Shown here: one piece after another, positions 36,755 to 52,662 of the stretch
Numbering within the stretch: position 1 is the stretch's first letter
Layout: every line of letters begins with the position of its first letter
Assembly (NCBI GenBank): GCA_964016885.1
Contig: OZ024745.1
Coordinates: 117,056,001-117,120,000 of the forward strand
Direction of reading: 5' to 3'
DNA: 64,000 nucleotides
DNA from: Eledone cirrhosa
Lineage: Eukaryota
Notes under the pieces: model-generated
What the model saw: the letters and a program-made list of their open reading frames with translations, nothing else
Databases searched by the model: none
Told to the model about the DNA's origin: nothing
Made by a program: the position numbers and the translations under genes

Positions 36755-37910
36755 TTTTTCGCCCACTTATTTTTGGGAGGGTCATGGGGGTAGAGTCCTT
36801 AAGCACTCCTTCCAGGGGGTCCTGTCAGAAGCAACCATCTCCAATGGATTCCCAAGCGAGACCAGCCTAGCTCATAAATGTTATCCAACCATCTACCCCT
36901 GGGTCTCTTGCCAGATATTTTGCCCATAAAATTTGTCCAGTGATTCTTTCCCGAGATATGCTAACCACATGCCCATAATATCATAGCTGTGATCTCTCAA
37001 TTCGGAGAAGTAGTGGCTCTTCCTGGATTGACTCTCTGATCTCCAAGCCATGCATTCTATTGAGTAATGTTACTCCAAAGACACTTCAGATGAACCCCAT
37101 TTTGACTACTTGTATTTGGGATCGTATTTCTGTCATTACTCAAGATTCATGACCAAAACTAAGAGTTTGTATGAATACCGAATTGAAAATAGTAAATTTG
37201 GTTGTTATACCTACCTCCCTTCTGATTACTGAATGCTGAAGCTGGCACATTAATGCACCAGCTCCTATTTTTGCACCTCATTCAGCCTCCTGCCTTCCAT
37301 CCATCATTAACACAACCCTAAATACTTGAACTTTTTTATCTGCATCAGTGGAATTCCATTTGCATGTAGAGTGCAGTGTGTAGGCTTTCTTGAGAGGATA
37401 AGTGTCTGTCTTCACAGCACTGATTTTCATTCCTGCTGTGCAACACTCGGCAGCAAACCTATTAAGTACATGTCAGATATCACCTTCTGACAAGTTAAGT
37501 ACTGCCATTTGGTCCCCAAATTCCAGTCGACTGATCTTACACCCACCAGTCTCGATTCCATTTCAATCCTTCCTATGAAGATTATAAACAGGAGAGGTGA
37601 CAGTATATCCTACTGGTGGAGTTTGATACCCACATTGAATGGTTTCAACTTAGCACCATTTATCCAAGCATAAATACTGGGGCATTTGTATAGAGGCATC
37701 AGGGTAACAAGAAGCTGTCCATCAATCCCATACTCCTGCAGAACCCCCCACAACTAGTTCTGTGGTATGCAGTCATGCTGTTTCAAGGTTTATGAAACAA
37801 GAATACACCTCTTGGCTATACTCCCATGATTTCTCAGACCTACTGCAGTGAATATTTGGTCAGCTGTGCTGCACCCGGGAAAAGCTAGCTTGTACTCAAC
37901 AATATCCCTA
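36755..37910 (-). mobile_element. RTE family C fragment (RT to 3' end), decayed
   Basis: Homologous to 27066-27840 and extends into the RT region (LSPLLFIIF, EYGIDGQLL). Confidence 0.75.
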
Positions 37911-38713
37911 CATCTCTTTACCAGACTTTACCAAGGAAACTTAATAAGGAGATCACTCTATAATAACACTCTTCAAATGGAGTATATTCTGTATCCTTTT
38001 GATACTTATTTTGTTAAATTTATGCTTTAGTGATCTTTGTATTGAGGTTATATTCATGGATATTTCTTGACAAACCTTAAAGACTTGTAATGAATTATAA
38101 TTAGCATGCTAGTAATACTGGAAACTATTATCTTTTCCAGCAAAATAAATCCTGCTTCTGTAATAATTAAGCAGATATCTGCCTATCATTTATTTTTGAT
38201 TTTTATGATTCTATATTAATCCACCAATTAATCATATCTTAATGATTATTGGAATGTTTAATAAAATCAACAAGGTTGCATATGCTCTTCAATTAATAAT
38301 TTACATTAAAATCAAATAATCTTGAATTAAGCTAAACAGGTATTCATAATCATATATGTGAGGTATATTTTCTGTATCTCTGCTTTAATCCAGAAATATA
38401 ATTGGTTAATAAAATCGTAGATATTTGAATTAACAAAACGCCTTTTAAAATTCAAATATTGGAGTTTAGATATTTTTCAAAACCTCTGATAAAAGCATGG
38501 ATTTGCAATAATATTAAATGTGCAGAAAATATTTTAAGTTGAAAATTTCAAGGTAATGAGTATCAATCTCAAGGATTTATTATTTGACTTTAAAATTAAA
38601 AATAGAACATCTTAGTATTAAATATTTTAAGCTCTCATTTACTTCACTTCCAATACATGTTATATAGTGTCAGAGGAAATTATAGAAAACCTCTAATATC
38701 TTTTTCTTTCCAG

Positions 38714-38842
38714 ATATCCGTATGGAAGACTTTTTGTATGAGAAAGTTGATAAAAAGAAGAGAGACAGGTATACAAATGCTGAACAGTTGGGTCAAGTAA
38801 TGATTGACTCTGGGAATGACTATGGTCCAGGAACTGCTTATG
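38714..38842 (+). CDS. SH3GLB1: Endophilin-B exon 3: (N)IRMEDFLYEKVDKKKRDRYTNAEQLGQVMIDSGNDYGPGTAY(G)
   Basis: Signature R.E.F.YEK.D...N.E.LGQ.MID.G...GPGTAYG. Splice sites ctttccag| and |gtaaac; 129 nt, phase 1 to phase 1. Confidence 0.96.
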
Positions 38843-38902
38843 GTAAACAAAATCTTTCTATTTTATTTTATTCAAAAGTCATGTTATGTTCTTTCTTCCC
38901 TT

Positions 38903-39438
38903 GATTCCTTCTGTTTTAGAATTCCTCTACAATTCCTTCTGTCTTAGAATTCCTCCGCAATTCCTTCTCTTAGAATTCCTCTACAATTGCTTCTGTCTAA
39001 GAACTCCTCCGCAATTCCTTCTCTTAGAATTCCTCTACAATTGCTTCTGTCTTAGAACTCCTCCGCAATTCCTTCTCTTAGAATTCCTCTACAATTCCTT
39101 CTCTTAGAATTCCTCTACAATTCCTTCTCTTAGAATTCCTCTACAATTCCTTCTGTCTTAGAATTCCTCCGCAATTCCTTCTCTTAGAATTCCTCTACAA
39201 TTGCTTCTGTCTTAGAATTCCTCTACAATTCCTTCTCTTAGAATTCCTCTACAATTGCTTCTGTCTTAGAATTCCTCCGCAATTCCTTCTCTTAGAATTC
39301 CTCCGCAATTCCTTCTCTTAGAATTCCTCCGCAATTCCTTCTCTTAGAATTCCTCCGCAATTCCTTCTCTTAGAATTCCTCCGCAATTCCTTCTCTTAGA
39401 ATTCCTCTGCAATTCCTTCTCTTAGAATTCCTCCACAA
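38903..39438. repeat. 26/28-bp minisatellite 'ttagaattcctc(ta/cg)caattccttct(gt)c', ~20 copies
   Basis: Directly visible; starts 60 bp after the exon 3 donor. Confidence 0.95.
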
Positions 39439-40279
39439 TATCTAACTACATTACATATTTTTTATTTGTGTTTTTTGCTGTTATATCAATTGAGATCACA
39501 CTAGAATTGACTGAGCTTTTTCCCTCTGGGATTGATAAAATAAGGGTCAGATGAGATTCACTGGACTGCTTTTCTGCAGTCATCTTCAAATAAACATTAA
39601 ATCTTCTTCCGCTCAATATATGGTTACATTTTAAGCTGACCCTTTGCTATGCACATAGCAATCAGCTGTTCACAGCTCTCCCCACATTGAGATTCCTACA
39701 ATTTTATGGAAATTCATAAACACTCGTCGTTTCAAAACTTTTCAATTAATGTTTACATTGAATCTAAAATTTTGACAGCTGAAGAAAATGTGATTCTCTT
39801 GACTTAGCCAATGTCATTAGGGTTGTAATTAAAATGACACATCATTTTTATTGTCACTTTTCCATGCTGATACTGGTTGGAGATGTTTTGAGAAAATGTT
39901 TTATAGCTGGATGCCCATCTTGATGCTAACCTTTTCAGTTACCTCTTATGATGTGCAGGGATACTGTGTACCTATTCCTAAAACTGGCATGCACACAACA
40001 ATGCTTATGTGACATGACAAAAAATGTCATAACAAAAAGCACCCAGTACTCACTGTAAATGTGGTTGGCATTAGGAAAGGCATCCAGCCGTTAGAAACCA
40101 AACCAGAATCAATTCTGTATGGTGAAGACATGATCACCTCATCTGACTTGTCTCACAATAGGACAAATCATCTACCCCATGGTAGTGTAGAAAAATGTAC
40201 ATTAAATGGTGATGATGATAATACTAAATTAACTGTCAATTAATTGCATTGTAATGTTTTATCATTGTAATGTTTTATA

Positions 40280-40577
40280 TTGTGAGTTCAATTCTCAGAC
40301 CGGGTGATGTTGTTTCCTTGAGCAAGACACTTTATTTCACATTGCTCTAGTTTACTCAGCTGTAGAAATGAGATGATAGGGACTGGGGTCCCTATCATTC
40401 CACTGCAAAGTGGTCGTGGAGGTGCCACGGCAAAAAAAAAAAAGCACCCAGCACTCACTGTAAATGAGGTTGGTGTTAGGAAGGGCATCCAGCAGTAGAA
40501 ATCATGCCAGAATCAGTTCCCGTCCCACCCTTGCAAGCAGGGAAAAGCGGACGTAAAATGAAATGATGAAAATGATG
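40280..40577 (+). mobile_element. CORE-like SINE with RTE-A tail (5'-truncated copy of 30511-30843)
   Basis: Near-identical to 30559-30843. Confidence 0.85.
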
Positions 40578-41429
40578 AATGTTTTATCATCAGAAAATGA
40601 GAGCAACATAAACATTTGTTTAGTTATCAATACTTTAAACATATCAGTTTAAGTATTACAGCTAAAAGCTAGATTTATTTCATTGATTATTGTTAAACTA
40701 ATGCAAAGTATGAGCATATCAAAAATGCTATTGAATAAACATGGATCTGTTTCAATTCTCAACTAAAGCCATTTCATTTCGCTTGGGCTACTAATGATTT
40801 TAACCCGTTAGCATTCACATTACTCTATATTTACTATTATATTTTCATGCTAAAGGCTTTACTTCACATAATTATCTCACATAATATCAAATCTATAAGG
40901 TTTTGATAAACTGTCTGATTTCAAACCTCTGTCCATTTATAGTCTAGTGGCTAGGAGGAAGATGGACATGTCAGGTTATGTAATACGTGACACATATGAG
41001 AATAAATTTATCTGAAGTGTCTCAATAACTCAAGGCTATGTGATATGATGGTAAACTACTACATGTCATTATGTTAGACAGGCTATAATGGTCATTACTT
41101 GAGGATATATTGAATAAACCAAGTTTATATTACAAGTTATGAACCATAGTCCTAAGATTTTTACAGAAACAGTAAGTTGTAACATATTTGGCCTTTTTTT
41201 TTTTGCCAAAGGCAAGACTGAAGTGAAATCACTCCTTTAGAAGTGACACTTTAATTGACTGGGAAATAATAACAACAATAGTTTCTACTTTTGAGATGTA
41301 TAAGCTACTGCAGTCATATTTCTGAATGCTTATAAATGTTCGTCTGGGGTCGATATTCAAGAAACATCTTGATACAATCTACAGCTGGAATAGAAACTCC
41401 TCCTTTTCAAATTCCTGATAATGCTAAAG

Positions 41430-41745
41430 TGTAAAGACCCCCTTCAGTCACAAATGACCATGGGATTTGCACCTAGAGATACAAGCCTGAGTAATGTGTG
41501 TTTGTGAAAAACCAGCTGTCGCTCATACATACTAGTCTCCCCTCTTCAAGCTACCAATGTTGTCCAAGGGAAAGACAATGACCGATACAGCTTGGTATCA
41601 ATTTACATCATGACTAATTTCTACAGGTGAGTAAACTGGAGCAATATGAAATAAAGTGTCTTGCTCAAGGACACAATGCAACACCAAGTCCAAGAAACAA
41701 ACTCTTAAACTAAGCCAGATGTTCTAACCACTAAGCCATGTACAT
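41430..41745 (-). mobile_element. tRNA-head CORE-like SINE, different 3' part
   Basis: Reverse strand begins 'catggcttagtggttagaac' and contains 'ccttgagcaagacactttatttc'. A related head lies at 42050-42165 (+). Confidence 0.65.
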
Positions 41746-43534
41746 TTATATGATAATGCTATTGAACAATTTATCCTTTTTAACTTGGAAGTATCCACAA
41801 TGAGGATGACAACAGTTTCTGATGAAATTTTCAGTACATATTCATCTTATACATAATGCATTGAGGAAACTGTGCCAAAGGAAGTTCTGTTGTTACAGAA
41901 TCAACACAGGTACTACATTGGTCGATTCCCAAATGATTGTGTTCACACTCTTGTTGTAGAGAAATGAAACATGGGAGCTTTATCAAAAAGACATAAGTTT
42001 GGAATGCTTTTATTAAACAAGGCTATGAACTATCTTGTGCATATGTTTAGGTGCATGGCTTAGTGCTTAGATAATTGAATTCACAATTGTAAGGTTTTGA
42101 ATTCGATTCCCAGACCAGGCAATGTGTTATGTCCTTGAGCAGAACACTTTATTTCATGTTGCTCCTTCTGCCAGGAGTTGTGACTGGTAGATAGTATCAG
42201 CAATGGAAAGACTAATGGAAACATTTTCCTTGGTCCGATTTGACAAGTACCACCCCACTTGGTAAGCGAATGACGTCTGGGATTGATTTCTTTTTATATT
42301 TTACTGTTTGACTCGGTGATTGACTGCAGGTTATTTCTTCCTCTATCTCTTTCCTCTTCCCTCCCACTGTGTCAATCTTCCACCTATCTACTTAACCATC
42401 TAGTCTACCTCTTTTTGTATTTCCTTCTCTCTTCCACCTTTCTCAGCACAGCCAGAGCTTTCTCCTTTCACATTTTTATAGTGTGAAAGATGGGAGGAAA
42501 CCAGCAAATAAAAAAGACATGTGACTTTATAATACTGATTATTATTGACAAGATAAATTGTTCCAGGAGTTAACTTCATCTTTCTTCTCTCCAAGCTCCC
42601 AAATTAAGTACTGGAAATATACCTAGGTCTATTAAATTTATAGTACATCCTCAATAGTTATTTTTGGCCTTGTGCCAAAGTTACAAATCAGATATTTTTA
42701 CAAATGTTAGCTTTTGACACAATGAGATTGTATTTTCTTTTTCTTTTCTGTAAAAATATTCTAGATTAATATTGTAGCATATGCACTTCAATGGATTTGT
42801 TGGTTGGAAAGTAGAGAAAAATAGAAAAAGAATTAAAAAACTGAAGGAGAATAGTATAAAATTGAATCAATATCTAAGGGAAGAGAAATAAGCATGAAAG
42901 AATGTTAGTTTAGTAGATGGTGCCTATGAGAAATTATGATTTTTCTTTTTTTACACTGCATGTGGGTGGTGTTGCCAAGAATATGTTTGTTGGTGGTTGC
43001 CAAAATTAGATGATTGACACGTTTTATGATAGCTACAGAACAAAAAGAAATCTTATTAACATGTGAAAGAAATAGCAAGTAAGAAATTTTCTCTTATCTT
43101 CTTGTCTCTGGAAATTGGAATATTTGTCATTGAATCAACATAAAAAATAAAATGAAGCTGTGAAACAACAATGCTATTGTGCAGTAAAATTAGGTTATGT
43201 GTACTAAATGTTAAACCTTCAGAAAGATTACTACATAAATATATTAACTAGAATAGCAATATTTCATTTAATTTTTATCTCTGTTTATTCCATTAGTAAT
43301 ATTTATTGCATTTTGGCCAGGCTAATTTATTTAGCAAGGGTAGAGCTGATTGCATTAACTCCACCCTCAGTATATTGCCGGTACTTAAATATTTAAATGT
43401 CAGATGAATTGTTAATAAGATTATATATTTTTTATCTATTTAATTTTAACCTTGTTGTTAGAGATGACATTTTTTTTTAAATAATTTTCTTCTTTAAAGA
43501 GTTGAAATCTTTTATAAAAAATCATTTTCCTCTT

Positions 43535-44910
43535 TAAAGGGTCTTTGGAGTAATGTTACTTGATAGTTCTTAGCTCAGAGATCAGTCGATCCACGTAGAG
43601 CTGCTACTCAGAATTGAGAGATCACAGCTCCAATATTATGTGGTTAAAATGTCTCGGGAAAGAATCACTTAACAGATTTTATGGGCAAAACCAATCAGCA
43701 GGAGACCCAGAGGTAGACTCCAGATAAGTAAGAGATGGTTGCTTCTGGCAGAACCTGTTGGGAGGAGTGTTTGAGGACTCTACCCCCTCGACCCTCTCAG
43801 GAATGAGTGGGCAAAGAAGGGATTAATAATCTGAAAAATTGTAATTTTATTACTGGTACTTGTTTTATAACTCTTGGAGAAGTGAGAAGCAAGGCTGACT
43901 ATAATGAAATTTGATTCTGGAACATTGAGACACTGAAGAGATAGGTAGTGAAACATTGTATTGTTTTCAGTCATCTTCATTAGTTTCTTTTAGTAATATT
44001 GAACAGACATAAGACTGACATGGCAGAGCCCACTATCTTATATTCTCAACTCAAATCATAGGGACAATTTGATCGATTATGCCACTTCCCTTTAAAATAT
44101 GAAACATTGTGCCAATATAAGAAATCAATATTGAACAGATGTAACAAGTGTAATCTGATGGAAGTTTCTGATTATTGAAGAAGGATGTGTAAAAAGTGGT
44201 GAATGGAAACAATATTTTCCCATCCAAAAAAAAACCACTGTAGCCAGAGAAGCTTTTAGCTCTCCTCTCTCTGTGTGTTTTACATTAAGAACAGTCTATA
44301 TTAACAATAGATTCTTAGTCAATCAAGCTATAAGCTTCAGCTTCATCACTGGTGTACTGTTGCATTCTGTTTATAGTAAAGATACTTAGGTTTCACAGCT
44401 GTGCTGTATTTAATTTCTTTCTATTTGTCTGGACCATGATAGAAACTTCAGCCCTCTTTCAACCAATTCATTTTGAGAAGCAAGGTGGTGTAAAAGCCAA
44501 ATTTGCTATCTTCAGTTCAGTATTCATGCCAATCCTTATGAATAAGGGTTGGCATGAATACGATAGCAAATACCTGCCAATATGGGGTTCCTCTGAAGGG
44601 TCTCTGGAGTAATGTTACTTGGTAGTGCATAGCTTGGAGATCAATCACTCCAGTTAGAACTGCTACTTCTCTGAATTGAGAGATCACCGCTCTGGTACTA
44701 TGGACATGAGGTTAGAATATCTTAGGAAAGAATCGCTTGACAGATTTTATAAGCAAAACCAACTGACACATGATCCAGGGGTAGACTCTGAGCAAGATAG
44801 TTGGTTAACATCCATGAGCTCGGCTGGTCTCACTTCATGATCCAGTCAGATCATTTGGAAATGGTTGCTTCTGAGAGGACCCACTGAAAGGAGTGTCTGA
44901 CAACCCTCTC
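43535..44910 (+). mobile_element. Two RTE family C 3' fragments (43535-43820 and 44490-44910)
   Basis: Homologous to the reverse complement of 27066-27560. Confidence 0.7.
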
Positions 44911-45575
44911 TCATATATCTTGTGTTGAATTTCAATTCAGACCTTTCATTGTTTATTTGGGTGGGCCGATTAATTCTACCTTAATTCACCTAATAGATCT
45001 TTTAAAGGTTATTTACAATAAACCAATGTTGTATCCAAAGGGAAATTCTCTAAACTGGATCCTAGCATTGAACCAAATGGGAAGGTTTCATCAGTATCAA
45101 TATTTCATATTACCAGCAAATTTCTGATAACATCACAAAATTTTTGTGCTGTAAACAGAGAATGGCATTCATTTGGCCAAGACTATTTCTCAAACAAAGA
45201 AAAAATGGAAGTATTTCTTCTCTCCACCAGATGGAACCAATTCTTTTAGTTCATTTATACTCTCAATAAAGCCATTGCCTATCATAATCTTTTTTTTTTC
45301 ACAAGACATCCTGGAATTGTTTTTTTTTTTTTTTTTTTTTTTTTTGTATCAGCTCTCCTACAAATTTGAGCTGCCATGTCAAAAAAAAAATTTCTTTTTC
45401 CTTTGCCATGACATCAATAAATCTGGGTAGCTACTCACTCACTCACTTGCACATACACAATTCTTTTCACAAGACATCCTGGAATTATGTTTACACTTGT
45501 CATTATATTTTGCACTGGGTAATTGCTGGCCTTGTGCCTAAAGTAGAAACAATTATATTTTAAAATAATCGTACT

Positions 45576-45606
<31 letters not shown>

Positions 45607-46339
45607 CTCTTTTCTCTAATGACGATTTGAACTTGTAACAGATACCCTATTTCTTAAGCTCTTTTTAAACCTGTTTAATATATTCTTACTTTTATCTGCT
45701 TTTTACTACTCTGATATTTTTATTGATCTCTCTCTCTCTCCCTCTCTCTTGGTCTTTCTTTTCACTAACATGAAACATTCTATTTTATTTGAAACATTTA
45801 CTTTTTTTCTTTGGACCTCTCTATTGCTATGTGAAGGTTGATAGGAGCCTGGTATTATTTAGCAAAATTCAACTAATGACTGTAAAAACTTTCAAAAGCA
45901 AACTGACAGTTTCAAGCACACTGGCACAAATGTATCCCCTGTCCCAACCTGCAACAGATCTGTGTTCCATCCACTCTGTTCAGGGTTGCAATGTGCCCCC
46001 TATCCCATTTCCATTTTATTCTAAACTGCAAAGTTTCCTATACCCCATTTTAGATTTTTTTTTTTTTTTTTTTTTTTAAAAGTATCATAGTCCTCTCCAC
46101 CATCCCTCTTTTTGACTGCAATGGGTCCAACCCTTTTTTAGATCGCAGTGTGTCGGTATAAGAGTTTAGGAGGATCTTTCAGTTCGTGTCAAGACACGAC
46201 TTCTCTGCACTCAATCGCAATATGTAAGCGGAATACTGACTTCCCCAGCCCGTTCTCCCTGCTTCAGTACTGACATGGTCTATGTAGGCCAGTGAAACCC
46301 TTGCTAGCAGGGAAAGCAGATGTTATATGATGATGATCA

Positions 46340-48066
46340 TGATATATGTATATAATATATATAATATATATATGTATATAATATATATATATGATATTTA
46401 CGATATATATAATATTTATAATATATGTATATAATATATATATGTATATAATATATATATGTATATAATATATATATGTATATAATATATATATGTATAT
46501 AATATATATATGTATATAATATATATATGTATATAATATATATATGTATATAATATATATATGTATATAATATATATATGTATATAATATATATATGTAT
46601 ATAATATATATATGTATATAATATATATATGTATATAATATATATATGTATATAATATATATATGTATATAATATATATATGTATATAATATATATATGT
46701 ATATAATATATATATGTATATAATATATAATATGTATATAATATGTATATGTATATAATATGTATATAATATATATATGTATATAATATATATATGTATA
46801 TATATATGTATATAATATATATATGTATATAATATATATGTATATAATATATATGTATATAATATATATGTATATAATATATATGTATATAATATATATA
46901 TGTATATAATATATATATGTATATAATATATATATGTATATAATATATATATGTATATAATATATATATGTATATAATATATATATGTATATAATATATA
47001 TATGTATATAATATATATATGTATATAATATATATATGTATATAATATATATATGTATATAATATATATATGTATATAATATATATATGTATATAATATA
47101 TATATGTATATAATATATATATGTATATAATATATATATGTATATAATATATATGTATATAATATATATATGTATATAATATATATGTATATAATATATA
47201 TATGTATATAATATATATATGTATATAATATATATATGTATATAATATATATATGTATATAATATATATGTGTATATAATATATATGTGTATATAATATA
47301 TATGTGTATATAATATATATGTGTATATAATATATATGTGTATATAATATATATGTGTATATAATATATATGTGTATATAATATATATGTGTATATAATA
47401 TATATGTGTATATAATATATATGTGTATATAATATATATGTGTATATAATATATGTGTGTATATTATATATGTGTGTATATAATATATGTGTGTATATAA
47501 TATGTGTGTATATAATATGTGTGTATATAATGTGTGTATATAATGTGTGTATATAATATATATATGTGTATATAATATATATATGTGTATATAATATATA
47601 TATGTGTATATAATATATATATGTGTATATAATATATATATGTGTATATAATATATATATGTGTATATAATATATATATGTGTATATAATATATATATGT
47701 GTATATAATATATATATGTGTATATAATATATATATGTGTATATAATATATATATGTGTATATAATATATATGTGTATATAATATATATATGTGTATATA
47801 ATATATATATGTGTATATAATGTATATATGTGTATATAATGTATATATGTGTATATAATGTATATATGTGTATATAATGTATATATGTGTATATGTGTAT
47901 ATAATGTATATATGTGTATATAATGTATATATGTGTATATAATGTATATATGTGTATAATATGTATATATGTGTATAATATGTATATATGTATATAATAT
48001 GTATATATGTATATAATATGTATATATGTATATAATATGTATATATGTATATAATATGTATATATG

Positions 48067-48098
<32 letters not shown>

Positions 48099-48141
48099 TA
48101 TGTATATGTATATAATATATATGTATATAATATATATATTA
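46340..48141. repeat. TA-derived minisatellite (~15-17 bp units, 'taatatatatatgtata' and variants)
   Basis: Directly visible. Confidence 0.95.
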
Positions 48142-48737
48142 TATCATCATCATCATCATTTTACGTCCGCTTTTCCCTGCTTGCAAGGGTGGGACGGGCC
48201 TTATTCAGCACAGCATCTCTCCACTCGTCACGGTCCCTCGTCATCTCCACCGTGAGCTTCAATGATCTGAGGTCTGTTCTCACCACCTCCGCCCATGTTT
48301 TTCGTGGTCTACCTCTACCACGTCTTCCTTCAACTGGCATTTCCTGGCACTTCTTCACCCATCGGTCATCCTCCATGCGCATCACATGTCCATACCACCT
48401 CAGTCTCCTCTCCCGTACACTACATTCTATCCCTCTCAGACACAGTTTCTCTCTCAACACATTTATGCTGGGTCGTTCACGCACATTTACACTGCACATC
48501 CAACGGAGCATGCTTGCCTCATTTCTCTCCAGCCGTCGCATATCCTCTGCGGTTGCTGCCCATGTCTCACTACCATGCAGCATCGCGCTCCTCACACAGG
48601 TATCGTACAACCGGCCTTTCGTACGCAGGGAGAAACCCTTCTTCGTCAACAGAGGAAGCAGCTCCCTAAACTTCTTCCAACCCGTCCTTATTCTAGATAC
48701 TATGGCCTCGGAACACCCTCCTCCCATGCTAATCTGA
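48142..48737 (-). mobile_element. RTE family A 3' fragment, ORF intact
   Basis: ORF 48161-48727 (GGGCSEAIVSRIRTGWKKFRELL...GRPRKTW); homologous to 8062-8580. Confidence 0.92.
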
Positions 48738-51722
<2,985 letters not shown>

Positions 51723-52376
51723 ATCATCATCATCATCATCATCAGGTTTAGCGTCCGTGTTCCACACTTGCATGGGTTTGGACGGGGGTTTTCCCACTTG
51801 AGGCAAGAGTGGTTGTCTTGCTCGCATAGGACTGTCTGGCGGGTTTTCTACAGTTGGATGCCCTTCCTAACACCAACCACATTTACAGTGTGGGGCTGGG
51901 AGGTTTTTACCGTGTTGCCTACACGGCCACATTACAGCGTGGACTGTCTGGCGGGTTTTCTACAGCTGGATGCCCTTCCTAACACCAACCACATTTACAG
52001 TGTGGGGCTGGGAGGTTTTTACCGTGTTGCCTACACGGCCACATTTACAGCGTGGACTGTGTGTTTTTTGTCGTGACACCTACACGATCTCATTTGTTTC
52101 GGCCTGGATGTTGTGGGACCAACATAACTTTACATTGAAAGGGGCGGTGTGGAGGTGGTGGGACGGGGGTGTGTTTTGATAGAGGTGCCTACTGACGGTA
52201 GTAGGTTTTTACTTTGTATTTAGGTAAGGCGGGTCTTCTCTATTACTGAGTACCGCCAAAGGTCTCGGTCCAGTGACATTGTCTTGGAGAGGTGTAAGCG
52301 TGTGAGGTCGGAATTTATCAGCTCGTCCCATGTTTTTCTGGGTCTGCCTACTCCGTGGCTACCGTCTATCTTTATT
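51723..52376 (-). mobile_element. RTE family B 3' fragment with duplicated 3' UTR module
   Basis: Homologous to 28930-29462 and 25015-25644; flanked by TA arrays. Confidence 0.9.
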
Positions 52377-52378
52377 AT

Positions 52379-52566
<188 letters not shown>

Positions 52567-52601
52567 TATATGGATATTGTATATTATATATATATACTTT
52601 G

Positions 52602-52662
52602 TATTTTATCTGATGAGAGCGTACCAATGTGTTTGTACCTTCAAAATATATATAATAGAATA
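52602..52662 (+). ncRNA. Penelope-type minimal type I hammerhead ribozyme relic (GAAA changed to AAAA)
   Basis: tattttat-CTGATGA-gagcgtac[caatgtgttt]gtaccttc-AAAA-tatata-TA-atagaata. Stems I and II pair, stem III is a short palindrome, and one core base is mutated. Confidence 0.55.

Noticed and set aside
38722-38904. Standalone 60-aa ORF MEDFLYEK...
   Set aside because: It is endophilin-B exon 3 read through into the intron, not a separate gene.
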